From the human T2T-CHM13v2.0 reference genome, Homo sapiens, in NCBI RefSeq assembly GCF_009914755.1, contig NC_060927.1: 64,000 bases of DNA. One strand, 5' to 3'. Below are positions 45,987 to 61,091 of this stretch, one piece after another (within the stretch, counting starts at the first letter, position 1; the number at the start of each line of letters is the position of its first letter). The notes under the pieces are model-generated. The model was given only the letters and a program-made list of their open reading frames with translations. It ran no database searches and was not told where the DNA came from. A program made the position numbers and the translations under genes.

Positions 45987-46280
45987 GTAAGTATTGTATT
46001 TCTTTTTTAAGTTTTCAGATTAAAATATGATCTCATCAAGGACTGGCAAGGAGTGTAATTTGCCTATTTAAATGTGAGAGGTTTTAAAACTTTGATATGA
46101 TTGTGTTTATAAAATACATTGGAAATGTTCTTTGTCTTCTGAAACATGCCTTCTGTATGCAATTTAACACTTTAGTAGCCCAAGATTATTGGAAGAATGC
46201 CAATTATCATGCTGTGGTATAATTGTTTTAGTATGTATCAAGTTATTTGCCTTTCATAAATGGCCACAGATTGTATTTTT

Positions 46281-46769
46281 ATTTTATATATTATTTAATT
46301 TTCATTTTAAGTTCAGGAGTACATGTACGGGTTTATTATATAGGTAAAATTGTGTCATAGGGGTTAATTGTACAGATTGTTTCGTCACCCAGGCGTTAAG
46401 CCTGGTACCTATTAGTTATTTTTCCTGTTCCTCTCCTTCCTCCTACCCTCCACCTTCCAGTAGGCCCCAGGTATGTGTTGTTCCCCTCTATGTGTCTATG
46501 TCTTCTTATCATTTTGCTCCCACTTATAAGTGAGAACATGTGATGTTTGGTTTTCTGTTCCTGTGTTAGTTTGTTAAGGATGATGCCCTCCAGTTCCATC
46601 TATGTTCCTGCAAAGGGCATGATCTCGCATTTTTTTTTTAATGGCTGCATAGCATTCCATAGTGTATATGTACCACATTTTCTTTATCAAGTCTATCATT
46701 GATGGGCGCTTAGGTTGACTCCATGTCTTGCTATTGTGAATATTGCTGAATTCTACCAGATGTACAAAG
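46281..46769 (-). mobile_element. 5'-truncated L1PA (older primate) 3' end with a short inverted ORF2 piece
   Basis: Minus-strand ORF2 C-terminus ELEGIILNKLTQEQKTKHHMFSLISGS plus L1PA 3'UTR; plus-strand AEFYQMYK codons at 46745-46769. Confidence 0.88.
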
Positions 46770-47553
46770 TTTTTATTTTTCTCCCTTCTTAGTTGATAAC
46801 ACTTTTTGCTGTCATGTCTGTTTCTATTTAAAGGCTTCTAATGAACTGCCTCTTACTAGGATAAGAACCACACAACTTAAGTTTTATAAATTCATTTTGG
46901 CAAGGTTCTGTGAATAGAATTTAGAAGTTTCTTTGAATCTCTTTAAATAGGATTTGTAAGTTTCAGTGCCTTGAGTACTGGCATTTATACTTTTATTTTT
47001 TGAGGTTTCTAACTTCTTTCCTTACAAAATAATCTCTTAGGTGTTTTTTCAGTTTGGTTGAGAATTAAAAATTTACAAATTATTTTCTCATTTTTTTGAT
47101 AACCTTTTAATTTTCTCAGTCAGCCAACATTGTTTTCCTTTTCTTGTTTGCATTTTTGGGTAATTTAACTGATCTTTTAATGGCGGTTTGGATTTTTGAA
47201 TAAATACCATGCTTTTGGAATCTACATAGATCAGCTGTAATTGATATTTTTTAAAGTCATAGACATTTTCTTTGTCATGTTTGTATCAATACAATCAGCT
47301 TTAACATATCTTTTGTTTTTTTTCTGAGTCTTCCTGTTTTAGACTATGTATACCAATTGATGTATTTTGTTTAGCAATTAACTCTTTACTGAGAAATTTA
47401 TAAAATAAGTTTGTTCTCAAACATAGAAATTTACTTTAAACTTTTGCATCCACTATGTCAGATTGTGACTACTAATTATTTGACTTTAAGTTACATTGTC
47501 TCTAAGGGTGACAAATGCATAATAAATAATGTTTTTTTCCCTTTTCTTCCTAG

Positions 47554-47664
47554 TCAAAAGATTTGGTAAAAACCTACCCTCCCTTTGTAAACTTCTTTGA
47601 AATGAGCAAGGAAACAATTATTAAATGTGAAAAACAGAAACCAAGATTTCATGCTTTTCTCAAG
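47554..47664 (+). CDS. ECT2: ECT2 coding exon 15 (aa 540-576, DH)
   Basis: TTCCTAG|TCA; SKDLVKTYPPFVNFFEMSKETIIKCEKQKPRFHAFLK; AAG|GTAATG. Confidence 0.96.
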
Positions 47665-47914
47665 GTAATGTGTGTTTCTTTCAAATAAAAATTTGAGAAT
47701 TATTTCTGAAGTAATTCACCACAATTATGACAAAAATGAAGTAAATTTTAACTTTAGTAAAATGTATCCATTAATATCTGTTAATTTTAGTTGTACTTAT
47801 GGGTGACCATGATATTTAGCTTTGGAAGCTTTGATATATTCAGTGTTAGGTGCCAGGAGGCAGCTGAGTGAATAAGAATGTTATATGTGGTCATTTTTTT
47901 TTTTTTTAAATTGT

Positions 47915-48045
47915 GGCTGGGTGCACCGGCCAATGTCAGCCTATAATCTTAGCACTTTGAGAGACTGATGAGGGAGGATTGCTTGAGGCTAGGAGTTTGA
48001 GATCATCCTGAGCCACATAGTGAGACTCCCATCTCTACAAAAAGT
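47915..48045 (+). mobile_element. FLAM monomer
   Basis: Single sense arm. Confidence 0.8.
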
Positions 48046-48461
48046 TTTTTTTAAAGTTTTATGTATTTTAGTTCTCAAAACACCTAATGATTTTCCAGTG
48101 ACATTTGTTTTGCTTTTAATGATTTTTTTTCTTACCAGTTCCTTATTATGGTATTAGCATAATTAATATTAAATGTGCTTTTTCTTGTGAATAATGTAGA
48201 CTTAAGAAAAATTTAAGGTGGGATATATAGGAGTGTGTAGAGGAACTCACTTTTTATGTAAGATGTTAACCACTGGCTGGCCAAGAGGACATTTCAGGCC
48301 CTGAAAAATTATTCAGCCAAGTAATCAGCCACGGAGAAATTCCACTTCTTCTCTATTAGTTTGTATCACAGACACTAATGATAAGGTGTACTCCAGTAAA
48401 AGTAGGGCATATAATCTTTTCAGAAAACCTTTTTTGAAATTGTTGAATAAATTGTTTTCAG

Positions 48462-48558
48462 ATAAACCAAGCAAAACCAGAATGTGGACGGCAGAGCCTT
48501 GTTGAACTTCTTATCCGACCAGTACAGAGGTTACCCAGTGTTGCATTACTTTTAAATG
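48462..48558 (+). CDS. ECT2: ECT2 coding exon 16 (aa 577-609, DH CR3)
   Basis: TTTTCAG|ATA; INQAKPECGRQSLVELLIRPVQRLPSVALLLN (PVQR motif); ATG|GTACTT. Confidence 0.95.
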
Positions 48559-48633
48559 GTACTTGTCTGATCTGTTTCAAACTACATCAGATATTTTAAT
48601 GGAATTGTTTTTTCCAAAAAAGATGAATTTCTT

Positions 48634-48663
48634 CTCATTTTTAGAGTTTCTTAGATTTCAGCA
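48634..48663 (+). repeat. 30-bp perfect direct repeat, copy 2
   Basis: Identical to 45565-45594. Confidence 0.9.
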
Positions 48664-50247
48664 TTAAAGTTTATATATGTTTTGCTTTATGGATTATCTT
48701 AAAAAATAGTTACTGGTGCTACTAAAATTCAGCCTGGCCTGAAATATTTTATTTGTTGATTAGTAGTATATATTTTGTCTTTTCATTTAAAATTTTTCTT
48801 AATATTTCATGGTGTGTCACTAATTCAAAATCATTTTATATCCAAGTACATACAAAATTTGCCCACAAAATCACAAGGAGAAGATAATTTGTATGTCCCG
48901 ACTTTTTTGTAGCCCTTTTTTGAATTTTAGTAAAGTTCTATATACTTGGCTTTATGCTTACTGTTTTTGACCTTAGATTGTTCAGAATACTCTTGAAACA
49001 TATCTATTTATTCTAGAACTGAACTATAGGTATCAATAGAGTTTTACAGCAGATAATTTTTATGAATAAATTTTGCCTGTGGTAAAAAATGTGTATGTAT
49101 ATTTTGTTACATTTAGCTGGCTAAGGACAGTATCAGTTTTTATTTTATTCTTAATTAAGTATGAAAACAAAATTATAGCCGGTAATCCCAGCACTTTGGA
49201 AGACCGAGGGTAAGCCCAGGAGTTGGAGACCAGCCTGGGCAACATTCAGGGACCCTGTCTCTAAAAATAATTAAAAAAAAAAAAAGAAGGATAACTAAAT
49301 TATAAACAGGAAAAAGTCTATAATAAAAGATATAATTCCTAAGCTAAATCTACACTAATATATACAGCAGACAAGGAGGCAAATTTTGTGACTGTTTAAT
49401 CTGTTATTTTCTGTAAAAATCTTGGTTAGTATATGAATTATAGTACTAACTAAAAATCTGACAATTTTTTTGTTTTTTAGAGTTATCTAATACAGTTGAG
49501 AATTACTGGCTTATAAAATGATTTGTCCACTATTTAAAACTGTTCTGTTTTGCAAATTATAAGGAGAATATATGAACAAACTTTAGGTTTCCAAAACATT
49601 GTGGTTTTCTTCTGATTTGCATACCTTCATTATTGTTTAAGTACTTGTAGAAATTCGTAAATGTTACAAATAAAATGATTTCTAGGCTTTATTACTATTA
49701 TTCCACATGAGAGATTAGGTGGACAGTGGTACTAGATTAAACCTAGATTTGATAAGAATATGCCAAGGATGGCATAGGGAACACAAATAACCTGGATTAG
49801 AAGAGTCAACGTGTTAAGTATAAATCTCTAAGGTAACAAAATCTGTGCTTAAAGATACCAGATGCTCTCTGTGATGTAGCCATGGGCCCCAGTATGAAAT
49901 ACAAAATACATTATGATTTCTGAGCTTATTGAGGATCATGTGTTTTCATTTAGCACTATGGAGAGACTTTGAGGAATTTAGGAGTCCCCAAGCATTACTT
50001 GAAGGGATTGGAATAGCAGTGTAAGAAAATCAGGATTACATATTCTGAAAATTTAGTCAGTAAAAATGGAAACCTTAACAGATGTGTAATAAGAGAGCTT
50101 TTTAGGGAACAGTGCTTAAAACTTTTTAAAAAATAAGGATTGAATATTATCTTTAAAAATTAGCTGTATCAAGATGGACAGCATTTTAGTCTTAGATGAG
50201 AAATCACTGAATTTTTTATGCATGGAAAAAACATTGTATTATTACAG

Positions 50248-50329
50248 ATCTTAAGAAGCATACAGCTGATGAAAATCCAGACAAAAGCACTTTAGAAAAA
50301 GCTATTGGATCACTGAAGGAAGTAATGAC
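50248..50329 (+). CDS. ECT2: ECT2 coding exon 17 (aa 609-636, end of DH); gene continues beyond the window
   Basis: TTACAG|ATC; LKKHTADENPDKSTLEKAIGSLKEVM; GAC|GTAAGT. Confidence 0.95.
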
Positions 50330-51189
50330 GTAAGTGCATTATTTTCAATTTTTGATTGTGCCTTAGATTTCGAATGGAATTGATAGAAAACTAGAATCAT
50401 AAATAGGAAAATATCAATAGCAAATTTTTGTAAAATGTCTAGATTATTTTTCTAATAGTGTAGTTACACATTAAAATGAAGTATTGTAAGAATACATTCA
50501 TTAATCAAAACATTTATTTCTAAGCTATTAAACTATTGTGCACAGAGAATAATAGTTTAGAAACTTGAAAATGTTACAAATTCCCTAATAGGCATTTTCT
50601 TCATATAACTCTAGTCATAGCTTGTTTCTGTCTTCATATTAATGTGTATTGCCCAAATGTAACTTGAGAATGTGACCACAGTGAAACGAAAAGGTTTATA
50701 ATACTTTTTCACTTTAATTTTTAAACTTTTTGTTTTCTACCTAGAGTTCTGTGGAATTAAATTGGCGGGATTGGTTGGAAATGTATTAAAAGTATAAATT
50801 CAATGAAATTGATCTGGGGAGTTTGGTCATAAACTTAGGCTGCTTACTATAGGTCTAACTTGGAAAGAGGACTGATCAGAAATGATCTTCTGACTGTTAG
50901 GATCAGAGTGGAAAACTCTCTTACCATTAACTGTTTCTGGTTTGCCTCAGAGAAGGCACTTTAAGTGGACTGTATATATCAGTATATTTAATAGGTTTAA
51001 TTGATTTCTGAGATGCCAGGGTGCTTCTGTATGAGAGTTTCTTGAAAGACTTCCAGAAGGGCTCTTAAGGAGAAACTTCGTTAGCTCTAGAGAGGGGATT
51101 CAGCGGAGACCTCTCTCATTCTCTTATTTGAGACAGTAATGCTCAAATTAGTTATTACCAGCTTTTGTTGCTGCTGAATGGGTTATGTA

Positions 51190-51285
51190 AATAGGTGTCC
51201 CAAGACTCCCTCAGATACCAAAATCTGTAGGTGCTCAAGTCCCCTACAGTCAGCATCTGCAGATATGGAGGGCCAAGTGTATATA
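51190..51285. mobile_element. MER2/Tigger-derived fragment
   Basis: GATACCAAAATCTGTAGGTGCTCAAGTCCC...GATATGGAGGGCCAAGTGTA. Confidence 0.55.
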
Positions 51286-52535
51286 CTTTTTTGTTTTGTT
51301 TTCTTTTTTGCTTATGTATTTTGTATGTTCACCAACCAGCCATCATGCTTTTGATTTTTTTCCCCTAGGACCAGGATAACGGTATTGAGACTATTATGAT
51401 GATAATTCTCTGTAATTTTTCAACACCTTATGGTTTAAAATACTCTTGACACACATTATTTACCTTGATCTTTTCAACAAACTTTATGAAGTAGGCAGTC
51501 ATTGTTTTCATATTTTTATAAAAGAAACTGAGAGGTTGTTACCTGCTCAATTTATCTGTTTGGAGTGTAGAATACTCTACAAGTGGCTTATGCTATTTGT
51601 TATTTATGTACAATATATTTTGGTAAGCAAAGATTATAAAGTAAGTAAGGAAAAGTAGCAAATAGATTAGTCATTTGACCTGTTGCCTTATTTAGAATAG
51701 TGTCAAGCTGGCTGCTGTAGGGATAATGAGCTGAATCAGTAAGACATTAAGTTTCTTGAGAACTTCTATTTTTAGTATATCCCTACCCTAAGTGCCTTTC
51801 TCATAGATTTTCAATAAATGTTAAATTATAGGACCTGATATTTTAATGTCGAATTGTGATGCTGATTAATAAGCCTTATAGAATTTTACCAGATCTAAAT
51901 TCTCGAGATTCTTGAACATTTAGCCTAGAGATTTAATGCTTATTATGGTTGATTAAAACCACTGTTACCTATCAGATATAGGAAATAATGACACAGCACC
52001 AGTTCACTAGTCCTTGCCATTTAAGCAAACTAAAAAAGCCTCCTAAAATTGAATTCTAACAACATCAGTTATACATGCTTAGATTTTCAATATTAATTTG
52101 TTATAGATATGTTTTTAGTTCAAATATGGCTTTTTTCTTAAACTACACATATTTAAAATATAGTTTGATTAATTTCAGCACACATATGCTCCCATGAAAC
52201 CATCACCACAATCAAGATGAAGAACATTTCTGTCACCCCCAAAATTTACTCATGCCCCTTGGTAATCTCTTTTTCTGGCCCATCCTGTTTTACCCTTCCC
52301 AAGGCAACCGTCTATCACTGTAATTTAGGAATGCCCCAGATACTGTGGGTTAGGTTGCAAACCATGACAGTAAAGGAAATATCCCAGTAAAGCAAGTCAT
52401 GTAAATTTTTTCATTTCTCAGGGCATATAAAAGTTACGTTTACACTATACTATAGCCTGTGAATTGTGCAGTAGCATTATGTTTAAAAATTAATGTACAT
52501 ATCTTAATGAAAAATTATTGTTAAAAAATGCTAAC

Positions 52536-52842
<307 letters not shown>

Positions 52843-52959
52843 TTATCTGAGCCTTCAGTAAGTTATAGTCTTTTTGCTAGTGGGGGATCTTGCCTTGATG
52901 TTGATGGCTGCTTACCAGGGTCGTGGTTGCTGAAGGCTGGGATGGCTGTGGTAATTGCT

Positions 52960-53263
52960 TCTCTCTCTCTCTTTTTTTGTTTTTTTTTTTTTTTGAGACA
53001 GGATCTCACTCTGGTTGCCCAGGCCGGAGTGCAGTGGCACAGTCTCAACTCACTGAAGCCTCCACCTCCTCCCACCTCATCCTCTTGAGTAGCCGGGATT
53101 ACAGATGTGCACCACCACACCTGGCTAACTTTTATATTTTCTGTAGAGATGGGGTTTTGCCATGTATCCCAGGCTGGTCAAAAACTCCTGAACTCAAGCG
53201 ATCTGCTCACCTCGGCTACCCAAAGTATTGGGATTACAGGCATGAGCCACCACAGCCGGCCGG
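52960..53263 (-). mobile_element. AluJ inside Tigger1
   Basis: Antisense dimer. Confidence 0.88.
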
Positions 53264-53756
53264 CACTTTGTTAAAATAAGACAGCAATGAAGTTGGCCAT
53301 ATCAGTTGACTTTTCCTTTCATGAATGATTTCTCTGTAGCATGCGATGCTGTTGGATAGAATTTAACCCATATTAAACTGCAAAGTTGGGGTCACTTCTC
53401 TTAGATTTTGACACCACGTTATCAACTAAGTGTCTGTAGTATTCTAAATCCTTTCTTGTCATTTCAACAGTGTTCACAGGATCTTCACCAGGAGTAGATT
53501 CCATCTCAGGAAACCACTTTCTTTGCTTATATGTAAGAAGCAGCTTTTTTATCTGTTTGGGTTTGTTCATGAGATTGCAGCAATTCAGTCCCATCTTTAG
53601 TCTCCACTTCTAATTGTAGTCCACTTGCCATTTCTGCCACATCTGCAATTCCTTCTGCAATTGAAATCTTGAACCCCTCAAAGTCATCCATAAGGATTGG
53701 AATCAACTTCTTCCAAACTATTAATGTCGATGTTTTGACCTCCCACGATTCACAAA

Positions 53757-53932
53757 TTTTTTTTTTTCTTCATTTTTATTTGTGCCTTCTTCTTGGCCTG
53801 AGCTCTGGCTTTTGGTTTTTTCTCCCTCGCCTCTCTGCTGCTGACCACTGCAGGCTCTCTGAACCTTGAGAGTTACCTCCCCTGAGGTCTCCGCTTATGC
53901 CTCCAACCTCTCATGCTCAGCTTCACCTGCCC
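53757..53932 (-). pseudogene. Short poly-A-ended retrotransposed insert of unknown source
   Basis: Interrupts Tigger1 between ...CACAAAT and ...TTAAATGGCA. Poly-T on plus, AATAAA on minus (53775-53780). Not recognisable as Alu or L1. Confidence 0.55.
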
Positions 53933-53986
53933 GACATATGGTCTTAAATGGCAACCCAGATGGTGAATCCTTTCCAGTAGGTTTTC

Positions 53987-54322
53987 TTTTTCTTTCTTTT
54001 TTTGTCAGTTCAAGTTTAATAGAAACTGCAAAAGATAATTGGCTGATGCCCTCTAATGATACAGCATACAAATCAGTGGCCTGCCCCACAACACAGCTCA
54101 GGCCATTCCTACCAAGGGAAGAAAGGCTGGCCTCTGTAACCCCTGTAGGAAAGGCCTGCTTTGTAACACACCACATCTCAGCTGAATCTAAAGTCTAGTG
54201 TTTTACCTATGAAAAGAAAAGAAAAGAGAGGTTTTGTTATGGCTGTCCACTGCAGCCTGGCACTGAAATGTCCCATTGCTTACTTCTACTTGGAAAAATA
54301 TTCTTTGTTCTTTTGGACATCA
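53987..54322 (-). pseudogene. 5'-truncated processed pseudogene fragment of peroxiredoxin 1 (last codons, 3'UTR, poly-A)
   Basis: Minus strand encodes DVQKNKEYFSK*K* (PRDX1 ends DVQKSKEYFSKQK*), then PRDX1-like 3'UTR, ATTAAA (54015-54020) and an A-rich tail. TSD TCCAGTAGGTTTTC 53973-53986 / TCCAGTATGTTTTC 54323-54336. Confidence 0.88.
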
Positions 54323-54626
54323 TCCAGTATGTTTTCAATTGACTTAGTGATTCTTGTGATTCTTCTGATGGATCTGTTCTATCTGTGGCAGCTATAGCCT
54401 TATGAAATATGTTTCTTAGATAATAAGACTTGAAAATTGAAATTACTCCTTGATTCATGGGCTGCAGAATTGGATGTTGAGCTAGCAGGCATGAAAGCAA
54501 AATTAGTCTCCTTGTACATCTCCATCAGAGCTCTTGGATGACCAGGTATATTGTCAATAAGCAGTAATCTTTTGAAAGGAACATTTTTCTGAGCAGTAGG
54601 TCTCAAGAGTGGGCTTAAAAGATTTA

Positions 54627-54923
<297 letters not shown>

Positions 54924-56469
54924 TAGTAAACCATGGTGATGTGCTGTCATCCATGCTTTGTTGTTTCATTTATAGAGCACAGGCAGAGTCGATTTAGCAT
55001 AATTCGTAAGGGCCCTAGGATTTTGAGAATGGTCAGTGATCATTGGCTTCAACATAGTCAGTCACCAGCTGCATTAGCCCCTAACGAAAGAGTCAGCCTG
55101 TCCTTTGAAGCTCTGAAACCAGGTATTGACTTCTCTCTAGCTGTGAAAGTCCTAGAAAGCACCTTCTTCTACTGGAAGGCTGTTTTGTCTACACTGAAAA
55201 TCTGTTGTTTATTATAGCCACCTTCTTCAATTATCTTATTTAGATTTTCTGGATAACTTGCTGTAGCTTCTCCATTAGCAGTTGCTGCTTCACCTTGTAC
55301 TTTTATGTTACAGAAATGGCTTCTTAAACTTCCATGAACCAACTGTGCTAACTTCAGACTTTTCTTCTGCAGCTTTCTTACCTCTCTCAGCTTTTGCAGA
55401 ATTGAAGAGAGTTAAGAACTTGGTCTGAATTAGATAGTGGCTTGTTCTGGATTGTTAAGGCTGGTCTGATCTTCTGTCTGGACCACTCAGACATTCTTCA
55501 TATCAGTATTAAGGTTGTTTTACTTATTATTCATGTCACTGGAGTAACACTTTTCATTTTTCTTCAAGAACTTTTCTTTTGCGTTCACAGTTTGGCTGCT
55601 TGGTGCAAGAGGCTTAGCTTTAGGACTATCTCTGTTTTCAACTTGCTTCTCTTACTAAACTCAATCATTTCTAGCTTTTGATTTGAAGTGAGAAATGTGT
55701 GACTCCTCCTTTCACTTAAATACAGGACTTTGTAGGGTTGGTTATTAATTTCAATATTGTTGTATCTCAGGGAATGGAGAAGCAAGAGGAGAGAGAGCGA
55801 TAGGGGAATGGCTAGTTGGTGGAGCACTCAGAACACACACACACTTATCAATTAGGTTTGTTGTCTCATATGGGCATTGTTAGTGGTGTCCCGAAACAAT
55901 TACAATAGTAACATCAAAGATCACTGATCACAGCTCACCATAACAGATAAAATAATAATGAGAAAGTTTGAAGTATTGAGAGAAATAGCAAAATGTGATA
56001 GAGACACGAAGTAAGCATGTACTGTTAGAAAAATGACATGATAGACCTACTTGACACAGGGTTGCTTACAAACGTTCAATCTGTGAAACAACAACAGCAA
56101 CAACAAAGAAAACACTATATGTGAAGCACAATAAAGTAAAGCACAATAAAGCGAGGGATGCCTATATGCACTTTCTATGATTTTATGTACGTGGAGTCTT
56201 TTATCTGGCTTTTTTTTTTTTTTTATACTCAGCATAATTACTTTGAGATTAGTCCTTATTGTTGCTTATTTCAATAGTTACTTTTATTTTCCATTGTATG
56301 GCTATATCACAGTTCATCCATTTTCATGTTGATGGCATTTTGGTTGTTTCCAGTTCTTGGCTCTTCCAAGTAAAGCTGCTGTGAAAATTTGTGAACAAGC
56401 TTGTATAGACATATGCCTTCATTTCTCTTGAATAAATTCCTAGGAATAGGAATGGTAGGTCAGATAGTA

Positions 56470-57535
<1,066 letters not shown>

Positions 57536-58473
57536 TAATTTGTGACATTCTAATAGATGTTTGGTTGTCTTTCCTGGTGGTTTTGATTTGCATTTGCATG
57601 ACAAATGATGTTAAATGTCTTTTCATGTGATTATTTGCTGTCATATTACTTTCTTTGATGATATGCCTGTTCAAATCTTTTGTTTATTTGAAAAAAAAAT
57701 TGTGTTTTTTTTGTAATTGAATTTTGAGAGTTCTTTATATATTCGAGTTAAAAGGCTTTTTTTAAAAAAAGATATATGATTTGCAAATATTTTCTCCTAG
57801 TTTCTGGCTTGTTTTTTTCTTTTGACAATTTCTTGAAAAAATAAGAGTTCTAGATTTTTAAGTCTAATTTAGCAAATTTTATTTTAATGGATTGTGATTT
57901 TATAGTTTTATCTAAGAAATATTTGTCTAACCCAAGGTCACAAGGATTTTTTTCTTATTTTCTTTAAGAATGTTTGTGGTATTAGTCTTTAGGTAAAAAT
58001 CATTTAGGTGTATGATCCATTTTGAGTTAATTTTTGTATATGGGGCATGGTATAGATTGAAGTTCATTTTTTAAAATATGGAAATCTATTCTAGCAGTAT
58101 TTGTTGCAAAGAGTATCCTTTCTCCACTGAATTGCTTTTGTACCATTGCTGAAAATCAGTTGACCATAAATGTAATGGTTTATTTCTTTACTTTCAATTC
58201 TGCTTCATTGATCTGTATGTCTGTGCTTATGCCAGTACCACACTGCCTTGATTACTGTACTTTAAGTTTTGAAATTGGGAAGTATGTGTCTTCCAACTTT
58301 GTTCTTTTTCAAAATTGGTTTCACTATTCTGAGTTCCATAAATTTGGCATGTGGCTTTTAGGAGCATCTTGTCAGTTTCCAAACAACAACAACAACAACA
58401 ACAAAACTGTGGGGAATGTGTATAGGAATTTTATTGAATTTGTACATCAATTTTAGGAGTATTATCTTAGCAA

Positions 58474-59102
<629 letters not shown>

Positions 59103-60248
59103 TTTTCAAAATTGTCAAAATACATTTTTGCTTGGAATTAGTGGTTAGACAGTTTTATGTTTGTTGCTGCTAAATGTTTTAAAGTCATGGAGCTTTAAGT
59201 CCAGCCTAAAATGAAATGATCTTCATGTAATTCTTTGATTTAAACTAACATTATTATTGATTTAATAAAAACAGCTGTATCTTTTGAGTTATTTACAACA
59301 TACCCATGTATTTCACTTTAGGTTCTTACTTAGGTAAATATCTGATATTAACAGGTTATAATTTTGATTAATAAAAATAACAAAATAATGACTAGCTCTA
59401 ATACCTCAATTTTCATAATGAATCTAGGCATAATTGCTAAAAAATTTATGTAACTGTAAATGGGATAAACATTTATAACTAAACTTTGCAAGTAATTTGA
59501 AATCTTTAAGTTATGTTACATTAAATTAAGTAATAGAGAGCTCATTAAATGCCTGAGTCATATCCAAATAAGAGAAAAAACAAAAACGAATTGCTGAATA
59601 AATAGGTTTGTTCTTGGCTTCTTAAATTTTATAAAAAGACTAAATATACTTAGATCTGTTAATACACATAAAATTATAAGAGGACAATGTGTTTTTTAAT
59701 TAAAAAACAATGATTTTGTCAAATTCACAGGTTATTTAAAGTTTGTTTCAAAATATAAATTTAAGAAGAAAAAATTGGAGGAAAAACCAGTGTGGGAGAG
59801 AGAGAGAGATGCAAAGATAGTTATGGATATAAAGATGTATTTTTAGTTAAATAATAATTTTAAAATGTCTGTGATAAATTTTTGTCCTAAGGCAAAATGG
59901 TTGTTCCAGTATCAAAAAATTATAGGACTAAGACTAGGTGTTTGAGAAAATGATGAAAGATCTAAACAAGTCAAAGAGGGTTTATGAAGGCTGGGCTTTA
60001 TAAAGGAAGGTTTATGTGTGATCAGGTTGATGGGGTTGGAAAGGATTTCTTTGTAAGTTTTTTCTAAAAATTAAACATTGGTGTCAGGAGTGCATTGATT
60101 GATATAGGACCAAAGTCTGAATCTCTATGTTTACAACGAGTTTTACTTGAAGTATTGATCAGCTTTTAATAAAATTGCAGTAGGTTTTAATTTTTAATTC
60201 CAGAATCTGTTTCTTTATCAGCCATCTTCTAAACTGCAGGCATTTTCT

Positions 60249-60316
60249 TTTTCAATTAGCAGTAATCGCTCCTCGGATAGACCTCATTGGCTACGATACT
60301 GCCACTGCGCAAAGCT
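60249..60316 (-). pseudogene. 3'-truncated (tailless) U4 snRNA retropseudogene, U4 nt 1-68
   Basis: Minus strand reads AGCTTTGCGCAGTGGCAGTATCGTAGCCAATGAGGTCTATCCGAGGAGCGATTACTGCTAATTGAAAA. Perfect 18-bp TSD AAACTGCAGGCATTTTCT at 60231-60248 and 60317-60334. Confidence 0.95.
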
Positions 60317-60409
60317 AAACTGCAGGCATTTTCTGTTTCGTCTTACATTTCTTCCTGATATCTGTTTAATTTCCTCAATTCAGGTTAAAAATGCTGTCTT
60401 CTTTATTTA

Positions 60410-61091
<682 letters not shown>

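Noticed and set aside
53866-54198. Overlapping ORFs of 110 aa (+) and 93 aa (-)
   Set aside because: They cross PRDX1 3'UTR, Tigger1 and the unknown insert; chance chimeric frames.
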